From Octopus sinensis (lineage: Eukaryota): a stretch of DNA of 64,000 nt. Position 1 is the first letter of the stretch. Every line of letters starts with the position of its first letter. This document shows positions 53,390-64,000 of this stretch, in pieces. The stretch lies in NCBI RefSeq assembly GCF_006345805.1, contig NC_042997.1:152024001-152088000 (forward strand). The letters are read 5' to 3'. The translations under genes and the position numbers were made by a program. A model generated the notes under the pieces. That model saw only the letters and a list, made by a program, of their open reading frames with translations. It was not told the origin of the DNA and did no database searches.

Positions 53390-54450
53390 CAAGTACTACA
53401 AAACTATGTTGTAAAGAATAAAAGGAAACCAATATAAATTGCAACAAACATGAAAAGAAAAAGCCACTATTTTTGTCTTTAAAAATGTCAACAAATATAA
53501 AACAGAGGCTGAGTTAACAGACATCTTTGAAGTGGATGGAGAGAAAAAAAAAGCGCAGACTTTATTTTTTAAAATCACTAAACAATAAACTAAAAAATTA
53601 AGATTATAAAACGTAATGCAAAGATGGCAAGAAAATTCCTTGCATGACCAATACCTGACAGGAATGAACAAAGACAAATTGTATAAAGGAAAACAGTGAA
53701 CGCTGGCCTAGAAGTGAAGAAATCAAAGCTAAGGTGAAAGGAGTTTTGATTGCAGCATAAAACTAGAACCTTCTCAGAAATTATGAAAAAAGATTAATAA
53801 CGATGCAAATTCCAGATTTTGGCACAAGGCCAGCGGTTTGAAGAATGACCCTGGTACCTCACTAGTCAGTTCCTTCAACCGTAGTACTTTGTTTTATAAA
53901 CTTCAAAGGAATGCAAGACGAAATTGACCACCAGCGTGGGGGTGAATTCAGAGTGTAAAGAATCGAAAGAAATGCTACACGGTATTTTCCCCAACGCGCT
54001 AACGATTCAGCCAGCTCGTCAGTAATAGTGAAATAGAATGCAATCAACTGCCGAATATTTGAGAGTTATGAAGAAACAGTAAATCACACGGTTTCTGACT
54101 GGTCATTGTTATCCAAGTAAAAGTTTATGTATACACATAAATACACGACAGATTTGGTGTTTTCATCCATTGGAAATTATGCGGGAATTATTGTAATGCC
54201 CATAGAAAAGCAATGGTAAATACACAGATGAGAAACGGATTTCGAAGAATGAGAAAGTCACCATACTCAAGGACATTACAGTTTATACAGACAAGAAGAT
54301 GAAGGTTAATCATCAAGATATTGCAATCAATGACATCTGTAAAAGAATTGTTTCCTAGATGATATATCAATCCCAACAGATTACAATATATTTGTAAAAG
54401 AAATGAAGTAACTTTGAAAGTACAAAGAAGTGAAATTAGAGTTAATAACA
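53390..54450 (+). mobile_element. Old plus-strand R4/Dong relic interrupted by a SINE S3 (about 53815-54020, minus strand)
   Basis: Manual translation MQRWQENSLHDQYL, FIHWKL, EKVTILKDITVYTDKKMKVNHQDI. A second relic of the same region lies at about 52050-52280. Confidence 0.65.
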
Positions 54451-57141
54451 GTCTCCTTGGAATACGTAATAAGATGTAGACAGATGCATAGCCAATTGCC
54501 CAGTATTTAATACAAAATAAAACACATAGCACAAGCAAGAAAGAAGCGCATATTGGAAATAACACAGGAGGTATAAATACAATATTAACCCAGTTATGAA
54601 AATAGCACCTTCATATAAATTAAATAGATTGAAGAGCTTAGAATAAAATACTATGTCACAGCCAACAGTGTCCAAAGCTAGTACTTCAAAGCTGATATAG
54701 ATATGATACAGATAACTATGCTACAGAATTATAGAAATATTAAACGAATACGATAGAAATATTAAACGAATACGAAGTATCAAAAGTGTGACTACAGAAT
54801 TACTAAGAAGCAAGTAAATGAAACTGATTCATGGAATAAAGAAACTAGAATTGCATTACATAATGTGGGGTACATTTAGATGAGGACAAAATAAAAGAAT
54901 AGACTAAAATAATAAAGTAAAAATGAAATTTCGAAATATATAAAAGAAAAACAGGAGCGATAAATGCTCCCTTCCTAATATATTACAGGACTCGAAAGAG
55001 GAGTATGCTGAAGTGAAAGTGAACAATCGTCTATATAGTGCAGGATGTAAGCAGAAACAGAAGTTCGGACTTCATCTGTTGAAGAAATGTAAATCAGTTT
55101 GGCATGGAGTGTATACTATACAATAAGTTTGAGACAAATGACTACTTCTGGCTGTCCATCTTTTGAAGCTGAAGAGCCGTTTTCAGTAACAGTGGAGTCT
55201 TTAGCTATATCTGAAAGACAATATGCCAAAACTTCGACTAGAAACGGACAAGAACTTAACATAAATACACACCGGGTATGTATTTATATTGCCCACATTC
55301 ATTTGATACATGCCTGTACAAACTAATAAAGAAATCGAATCAAATATCAAGGACTAGAAAGAAAATTCTCTGACCTCTGATCGAAATCTCGATGCCTTCT
55401 CATGTAAGTATCACTCAAAATAAATTGAGAAATTGCGAATGTACAAGGATTTTCAAATTAGAAAATACAGGATGTAGAGTTTGAAAGTGTAAAAAAAATT
55501 CCCAATCATAATTTTGACGCACAATGTAATATAGAAAAAACATGAACAAATCATCAATGCTATGCAGAATCTAACGGATGACCAAGCCAGACAAATATTT
55601 GTCTACAGTTAAGAAGTGCTTTAAGCATCCTATTTGTAAATAACACAACTTGAATCATGCACAACTACTTATATATCACTACTGGCAGAATACCTATAGG
55701 ATTAGATGTAAGCCTGTCCTAGTAAATAGCAATACGAGTGTATAAAATATAAAATCCAGTTCCCACAATGTTCGTTACCATATATGCCTTATGTATTTTT
55801 CAAAATGTATCTAATTTGTTTGATCTAGTAAAAGAAACCCTTGATGTATTTCTCAAACGCTGAGGAACAAAGATTTATGTTAATATAAGTGAAGAGTTGT
55901 TTGCACCGAAAAGAGGAGAATAGTATTAAGTTTAATGGAAATTCTTCGAAATCGGAATGGACTGTGTATGAAGCTAAAGATTCGAAAATACCTTTTGTAA
56001 ATGATAGAATGTAGTTTAGAGTTTCGTAAAAAAAACATTCCGTTTCGGAAGAGTGCAGCAAGATGATTTATTAATGACAACTGTGAGAGAAAAAGGGTAA
56101 AATTTCATCTTTCCTATAACAGTAATTTTTTCCCCTTTGTGAAATTGAAAAAGAGGGTGGGGGTAAGAAAATATTATTAAAGACAAGAGAAAGGGAAATG
56201 TATTAAATAAGCATGTGAAATAAATTGTTTGAAACAGAAAGTGAATAGGGTAAGTGAGTGACAAGGAAAATTGAATAAAATATGAAAACTACTTGGAAAT
56301 ACAAATAATAATAATATACTTGCTGTTGCGCATATGTGTGCATGTAAGTATATGTACACATATAAGCATATATTCACTCAAGCATACGCGCACATATCCC
56401 CCCAAACACATATACACACACTCATATATAGATATATTTTACATACATACATACACACGCATGCACACACACATATATACATGTATGTATGTAAGATAGA
56501 CAAATAGGTATAGCTATATATATTTGTATTTATATGTATATTTATAAACACCTACAAATAATACGCAATCACACACAGATACACACGCATATACACAAAC
56601 GAACGCACAGATACATGTGTGAGTGTGTGAGCGAATAGCATTTTTTATGCTATTTGTATAATGAATGTATACAGAAAGGTAGGTTTAAATATACATTAAT
56701 CCATCCATATATATAATATATTGTTATATCATATATATATATATATATTATATATATATAATATATATATATATATACATATATATATACATACATATAT
56801 ACACATACATACATATCAAATAAATAGATACATACATACATACATAGTTTACTTTTGCTTTTTCCGTCACTAGTGGGGCCGCTGTCAATGGTTTTGTCAA
56901 ATATAATTGTCTTACGCTACAATACTTCCATACCTTCACTCTTATACAAGCATAAAAACGCACCACAAAATCACATGAGCAACTCTACCCAACTCAGAAC
57001 ACGGATAGATTTCCTATGCGTGCACACACACGTCACCCTCTTTAACTTTCCTCCATATTACCCCGTTGCCCCCATCCCATCGTTCGGTTTTTTTACCTTT
57101 CTCAACCACTTTTCGTCTTTCACTCTCTCCCACTGCATTTC

Positions 57142-57181
<40 letters not shown>

Positions 57182-57317
57182 TTATATACCTTTCTTCTGA
57201 TGAAGGACTGGCATCTTAAACCCTTTTCTTTTCTATCCAAACGTTAATCTAATACAATGTTTGTGAAAACTTATCCTACATGTGTTGCCTTTTACCGTTT
57301 TGATTTTGTTCATTGCC

Positions 57318-57363
<46 letters not shown>

Positions 57364-57409
57364 TGTGTGTGTGTGCTTATTTGCATGCATGTATGTATAA
57401 ATCTTTTCT

Positions 57410-57642
57410 TATTTCTTTACTGCCCACAAGGGGCTACACACAGAGGGAACAAACAAGGACAGGCAAACGGATTAAGTCGATTATATCAACATCAGTGCGT
57501 AACTAGTACTTATTTAATCGACCCTGAAAGGACGAAAGGCAAAGTCGACCTCAGCGGAATTTGATCTCAGAACGTAGCGGAAGCCGAATTACCGCTAGGC
57601 ATTTCGCCCGGCGTGCTAACGTTTCTGCCAGCTCACCGCCTT
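57410..57642 (-). mobile_element. Solo full-length chimeric SINE (S3 head + body + shared retrotransposon tail) with ~20-bp TSD
   Basis: Flanked by atgtatgtataa(a)tcttttct at 57389-57409 and 57643-57662. Confidence 0.8.
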
Positions 57643-58747
57643 ATGTATGTATAATCTTTTCTGCTATAAGCATAAGCCCTGAAATTTTATATTTTTTTTT
57701 TGAGGGAGGTAGGGAGATAGTCGATTACATAGACCCCAGTACATGACATGTACTTATTTTATCGGCCTCGAAAGGGTGAAAGCGAAGTCGACCAAGGCAG
57801 AATCTGAACTCGGAATAACGATGATGATGATACTCTGCTTAACATATTAAGTTTACTTTATTCGTGAAATTGATTTGTAGGTAATAATACTCGTATGTAT
57901 AATGTCATGACTAAAATGTGTGTATATGCATGCATATGTTTGAATGTAAGTACGTATGTATTGTGCACGTACTAAGAACAAAAGTATTCTTTTATGATGG
58001 TCGGGTCCATTATACATAAGTACAGCACTTCGAAATAGTTAAAAATTATGTGTTATAGAAATTAAACTGTTATTCATAGGACATATTCACCATGGTACAA
58101 CATTTATTTAAATTAACTTATTGTAAAGCTTAAAATGGAGAACATTTGGAACATGAATACATAAGAATTCTAAATAATAAAACAAGTTAATAAAATACTA
58201 ACTATAAATTTTGAGAATTTACAGTTAGAATAGGAGTAATGTATTGACTTCGCAAACAATAGAATGTTAGTACATGCTAACGTATTTAGAAAAAAATCGC
58301 CATATTTGTTGTAAAACAACACCAGGCAGAAAATTTGAAAGGTGAGGTGAATGCATTAAGACAAAATAACAATAGCTGTAATAATATAAATATTATGAGA
58401 AATGTTAAGAGTATATACTGGTCATCTAATATACGAAATAGCTAAAGACGAATAATTGGCAATTATTGATATATAGTATGTTTTTAATTGAAGATATAAA
58501 TCTATGCAGCAAACGTCGATTACTGACGTAATGGATTAATAGTAGTTATGAAATGATATTAGTAAAGTTGTAAAAACTGCGTCAATATCAAGGGTAAAAA
58601 AAATCATATAGGTATATAATATAATAATATACAGTTTTGTGAACTATTTGTATGTGAACTCCCTTAGCAGTTAATGTCTATAACTGACTTTATATTGATA
58701 ATCTTGAAATAACTAACCTCTTTCATTTTGTAATATTCTTTCCCTAA

Positions 58748-59384
58748 AGGCACGACGAGCTGGCAGAAACGTTAGCACGCCGGGCGAAATGCGTAGCCGT
58801 ATCTCGTCTACCGTTATGTTGTGAGTTCAAATTCCGCCGAGGTCGACTTTGCCTTTCATCCTTTCGGGGTCGATAAATTAAGTACCAGATGAATACTGGG
58901 GTCGGTGTAATCGACTTAATCCGTTTGTCTGTCCTTGTTTGTCCCCTCTGTGTTTAGCCCCTTGTGGGTAGTAAAGAAATAGAAACGTTAGGCGCCGGGC
59001 GAAATGCTTAGCGGCATTTCATCTGCCGTTACGTTCTGGGTTCAAATTCCGTCGAAGTTGACTTTACCTTTCATTCTTTCGGAGTCGATAAATTAAGTAC
59101 CAGTTACGCACTGGGGTTGATGTAATCGACTTAGTCCCTTTGTCTGTCCTTGTTTGTCCCTCTATGTTTAGCCTCTTGTAGGCAATAAAGAAATAAGAAA
59201 CAGCACGCCGGGCGAAATACTTAGTGGTATTTCATCTGTCTTTACGTTCTGAGTTCAAATTCCGCCGAAGTCAACTTCGCCTTTCATCCTTTTGGGGTCG
59301 ATAAATTAAGTACCAGTTGCGTAGCGGGGTCGATCTAATCGACTTGCCCCCTTCCAAAAAATTTCGAGGCCTTGAGTAGATAGG
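58748..59384 (+). mobile_element. SINE S3 array: head + 2 chimeric units (~215-bp period) + terminal body with native tail
   Basis: Site copies at 58766-58780, 58982-58995 and 59197-59208. Outer direct repeat aatattctttc at 58732-58742 and 59385-59395. Confidence 0.88.
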
Positions 59385-59735
59385 AATATTCTTTCGCTTA
59401 GTTTGTATTAATTATATGCCTGCTATTTGCTATTGACAAGAGAAGTAGAAATTTAGTTAGAAGATATAATGGGAAAAAGTTATTAATGGGACGAAGAGCA
59501 TTAGTTAATTTTATTGTACAAAAGTAAGAATTGAGAAAGTACCTGAAAATATTTATTAAAGACAAATTATTATATCTTCGTAAATTAGTTGAGAAGGATA
59601 TGGTGGAATATAAACTTGAATTATTAAATATATCAGAATATCAGAACCCAGAGTAAACAATTGATCTGTAATAGAGTTCAGGAGGTTGTATTTAAGTAGC
59701 TCTCTATTTGTATCAGAGTCCATCCTCTATGTGTC

Positions 59736-59880
59736 GAGGTGCGTGGCTCAGTGGTTAGAGTGTTGGACTCATGATTGTAAGATTGTGGTTTCGATTCCTG
59801 GGCCAGATAACGCGTTGTGTTCTTGAGTAAAAAGACTTCATTTCACGTAGCTCCAATCCACTTAGCTGACAACACTGAGT
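59736..59880 (+). mobile_element. tRNA-derived SINE (family S4), 3'-truncated
   Basis: A box gtggctcagtggttag, B box gtttcgattcc, followed by gcgttgtgttcttgag...ttcacgtagctccaatccac. Related copy at 61163-61470. Confidence 0.8.
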
Positions 59881-59884
59881 AATT

Positions 59885-60866
59885 GAATTTAGACGTGTAG
59901 CAGGGGCTGAAGAACTTTTCCAGATGAGTCATCTTTCCATATTGCAAATGCCTCACTTTCCACTGCCGTTGATGTATGGTTTACACTTGGACAAGATCTT
60001 CCAGTGAATCTTATAGCTGACACCTTGTTCTTTTAAAGACCATATATAACTGGATCATTTGGTCGTTTTTCTTTTATCCCAGTGTCTGAAGCTTAAGCTG
60101 TGATTATTGAACCTGGCTTATAAAATTTCCCTTTCTGAGACCTACATATTTCTTTGATAAAACTGTGTCCTTAGCGGTCGTAGAATCTACGGTGGCTTCA
60201 TAAATGATGGTCTCGGTCATGCAAGCTCCATTAAGCGGGCACAAGTCTTTATCTCTGCAGGAACAGCCGGCTGCATGTTGTTGTTTCTATGTATTGTATA
60301 TAATTTTTTTTTTTTATTTTGTGGTTGAACTAAAACTAACTTTTAAGTTATGTCTATTAAAGTGCTTCCTTTATTTATGCTTAATTGGAAAATTCCTATC
60401 TATAAGTGATAAGAAATATCTACCTATATTAAAGGTCACTTCGGAGAAGTAAGAGGGTGTGAACCAGATAATTTTCCTATTCCTATGTTTTCTTTTCTTT
60501 ATTTCTGGCTAATAACAGGTGTATAAGTTATTTCTTCTCTAAAACCACTATCTTTATGAGTTTCATTATATATTAGGGCAACATTATTAAATATGTTTAT
60601 ATCGGTGGAAAGGCTGGAGATTCTCCTACTAATATTTTTAACTAAATTCTTAAACACTATGGGGGTGGGTGGCAGGAACCTACATTAATATAAATAAGTC
60701 TATTGTTGGGCTTTCTATAGGGTTTATGAATATTCTTATTCAAGTATAGAGATACATCAAGGAAATTCACAACCGTAAAGTTGGTATCTATAGATATGCT
60801 AAGATCGAATGTTTTCATCTTATGGATAATGTCCTTCCTTAACCGATCTTGCAAGATTTGAGCCTA
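59885..60866 (-). mobile_element. Penelope-like element relic: RT C-terminus/thumb + GIY-YIG endonuclease
   Basis: VNFLDVSL...KPYRKPNNRLIYINVGSCHPP; RKIIWFTPSYFSEVTFNIGRYFLSLIDRNF; CSCRDKDLCPLNGACMTETIIYEATV...KYVGL; YIWSLK...IHWKILSKCKPY. Multiple frameshifts. The 5' end abuts (ATATT)n at 60866-60957. Confidence 0.9.
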
Positions 60867-61162
60867 TATTATATTATATTATATTATATTATATTATATT
60901 ATATTATATTATATTATATTATATTATATCATATTATGTTATATTATATTATATTATAGCGGAGTTTTCTACTGTTTCTTCAGTTCATATATCAGAGTTA
61001 TAAATTCATCCACAAACTTTTGAATGGAATCTACGTACATTTAAGTACGTGTCACTGGAATTCTCTGCCTATTATTCGGGTTGTACTTTATAATACCCGA
61101 TTCTACGGCCAGGAATTATTTTATGTTTTGCTTTCGTGCCGCTGCTCACCTGGGCTGCTTAT

Positions 61163-61470
61163 TTTGGGTTGTGAAGGCATGTGGTTAGGATATTTGGCTC
61201 ATGACCTTAGGGTGAGTTCGATACCAGACAGTGCGCAAAACACGTTATTTTACGTTGCTCAAGTCCACACAGCTGGCAAAAATGAGTTATACCCCAAACT
61301 CAAAGGGCCTGCTTTGTCACATTCTATGTCATGCTAAATCTCCCTGAGAAATATGTTAAGGTTACGCGGGTCAGTGGAGTGATCAGCTACTTGCACGTTA
61401 ATTTCACGAGTAGGCTGTTCCATTGATCAGATCAACTGGAACCCTCGTCGTCGTAACCGACGAAGTGCCT
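61163..61470 (+). mobile_element. SINE S4 copy with 3' tail
   Basis: gaaggcatgtggttagg...gagttcgatacc...ttgcacgttaatttcacgag...ggaaccctcgtcgtcgtaaccgacg. Confidence 0.7.
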
Positions 61471-62476
61471 GTTATTTTTCGTTCTTTACTAGCCGTATAC
61501 TGTCCACTGCTGATATTCATATAGCCGGTATTTGTGCATGTATGTATATACCAGTGGCGTATGATGGCTTTTGTCGCAGGTTGTTCACTACGACAGTGCA
61601 AAGCCAACTACTCCTGCGTAACTATCGCTCTACAGCAAACATACAAACTTTTGTATAGTTCTAGACATAATACGATTTGCAAGCTGAAAATGATGTGAAT
61701 TGTCATGCATAAATAAACTGACATTCTAATATTCTATAAATTATATAAATTCCAAAATACGAAATGAATTATATCTCATGCATAAATTTAAAATAAAACT
61801 ACCAGATAATTTTACTGTAAACAACTGTCGATATTCCTATGTCTACTGCTTCATTCTTCAACCAGATATAATCTTTGTTTCTGAGTCAGAATTATTAGAT
61901 TTGAAAACAAATTACGTTCAGATTATGTCATGATAGAGCCAAAACAAAATTATTATTATAAAGATAATCATTTTAAGTTAATGAATTTTCAATGAATTTG
62001 TACATGCAAGTCATAAAGAAAACGAACGCGGGATGTGTGCCCGTGGAATGAAAATAGGCTTTTGGCTGTTGACCATAATTACATCATAATACAACTAGGT
62101 GTGTTATTTGAGACATCGTCTCAGAACGGAATATTTCATAACAAGGGACAGGGGAATGTACTTTCATTTATGGAAGAAAAATATTATCATTTTGTGAGGT
62201 GTGCTGTGCTCATCTTGCACAACAATACGTTCTACATATATGAGTGTGTGTGTGTGTATTTGCTACTTGCATATATAAATATATATACATATATATATAT
62301 GTACACACATATATATATATACACACACATACAGATATATGTACATTTATATACATATATGTATATATATATTTCAACACTTAGACATATATATTTATAT
62401 GTAAATATATAAAAATATATATGCATGTGTATACATACACAGACACAGACACACACACACACACACACACACACAC

Positions 62477-62512
<36 letters not shown>

Positions 62513-63018
62513 GGTGTATATACATAAACATATACACAATGAGTGAGATAAAATGTTGGTGGGATCAGACAAATAGAAATACATGCAGACAGACATACAG
62601 ACAGACAGACAGATACACACAGATAGACTGGGACATACATACATGCATACATACATGCATACATACATACATGCACACGAACACGTACGCACATGCATAC
62701 ACACATATATATTTGTGTTCACGTATATGATGTGTAGCTTTATCTTTTTTTTTATTAACAGTTTTTAGAATTCCCTTGGAAGTCCTTTGCACTTTCTTGA
62801 AACATTCAATTTCCTAAAGCTACGATCAACGTCTCTACACATACATAAGGTTTACAAGCTTTAGTATTGGAAACAAAATGCAAGGAACACGTGAAAATAC
62901 GAAGGAACGGTGATACAAAAGATAAAAAAAATAAAGACTACCGTGTTTTCAATGCAATATATGTTTAAAAGCAAAACGATGTTCATATATAAACGTTTAT
63001 TTATATACATGTGTGTGA

Positions 63019-63049
<31 letters not shown>

Positions 63050-63287
63050 TAATATATATATATATAATATATATATATTATATATATATATATATATATG
63101 TGTATATATATATATATACACGAATATATATGTATGTGTGTATATATGTGTGTGTGTGTATATATTATATATATATACGCATGCATATATATATATGTAA
63201 ATATCTATGTATGTATGCATATATACATACATATATTTATGTGTGTGTGTGTGTAAATATATACGTATGAATTTATGTATATGTATG

Positions 63288-63322
<35 letters not shown>

Positions 63323-64000
63323 GTATGTTATGTATAAATATGTGCGTGCGTATGTATGTATGTGTATGTGTATATATGTGCATATGCCCGAGTATGTGGT
63401 TATATACATATGTGTGTGTGAGTGAGTTTGTGTGTGTTTGTGCGTGTATTTATAGATGCTTATATACAAGCCTTGATACTATCAAATTGTGTATGTATAT
63501 ATATATATATATATCTATATATATATATATATCTATATATATATAATATGCATGTATGTATGTATACTATACATAACAAGTGCAGTTATTAGCGTTGAAG
63601 TGGGGATGGTCTTCAATAAAATGAAAGGAAAATGGGAATACGAGATTGGCAGATGTTCTCGACAAATCCCCCATTAAACTAGGCGATGCTTTTACATCTT
63701 CAGTGAAAATATTTGACAGAATTGAATCCATATCAATCAGATTTAACTAAAAAAAATCTTGCGTTTCTATTTTTACAGACTTAAAACATTTTATTTATTC
63801 TTCTCTCCAGGCTTGCACACAAAATGGGAAAATAATGTACGTCTTTCTTGTAGTCCACTTTCATAGACAAGTAATCAAGCAACAGAAGTTTTAGGCCCGT
63901 GTATAAAACGATATAAATATATAAATAATAACAGTATTACGGTATATGCTAGCAGCATCGAGTCTCGCAATGCGTCGTTGGCACACTTATTTTCAGGTTC

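Noticed and set aside
52185-54230. ~65-bp direct repeat (ttcatccattggaaatta...) at about 52188 and 54162, suggesting LTRs
   Set aside because: Both are the FIHWKL coding segment of separate decayed R4/Dong copies.
54985-55240. Two possible small minus-strand exons with good acceptors
   Set aside because: Donor sites are weak and the reading phases are incompatible.
58748-59384. Regularly spaced repeats superficially like a CRISPR array
   Set aside because: Eukaryotic context; the whole ~215-bp unit repeats with no unique spacers; it is a SINE array.
59736-59810. tRNA-like sequence
   Set aside because: The cloverleaf is imperfect and continues into a SINE body shared with 61163-61470; it is a SINE head, not a tRNA gene.
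1854-63546. Dozens of ORFs rich in YI, HT, CV, LS, poly-N/K/L/F
   Set aside because: They are translations of (TA)n, (TG)n, (GATA)n and triplet microsatellites that lack stop codons, not genes.

Overview
AT-rich, microsatellite-saturated eukaryotic DNA made almost entirely of transposon debris. The SINE families look like those of octopus or another cephalopod; this species call is inference. No host gene could be identified with confidence; two or three candidate minus-strand exons lie at 22-23 kb and 63.6 kb. The window holds mariner, Tigger and Tc1 relics, a CR1/L2-group RT fragment, many R4/Dong-type (RT + restriction-like endonuclease) copies clustered at (TAA)n tracts, a Penelope RT + GIY-YIG relic and several tRNA-derived SINE families. 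Three observations stand out. (1) A putative SINE-targeting retrotransposition system: a 1.22-kb zinc-knuckle ORF1 element and a chimeric SINE share a 3' tail, and both insert at the same 14-nt site (AAACGTTAGCACGC) in the A-box region of a host SINE. This builds tandem arrays bracketed by the host SINE's own target-site duplication. (2) Two unrelated families of type I hammerhead-ribozyme motifs, 7 copies in total, one family inside fold-back Penelope-LTR-like palindromes and one with a conserved non-canonical core. (3) Repeated fold-back palindromes centred on (TA)n tracts.
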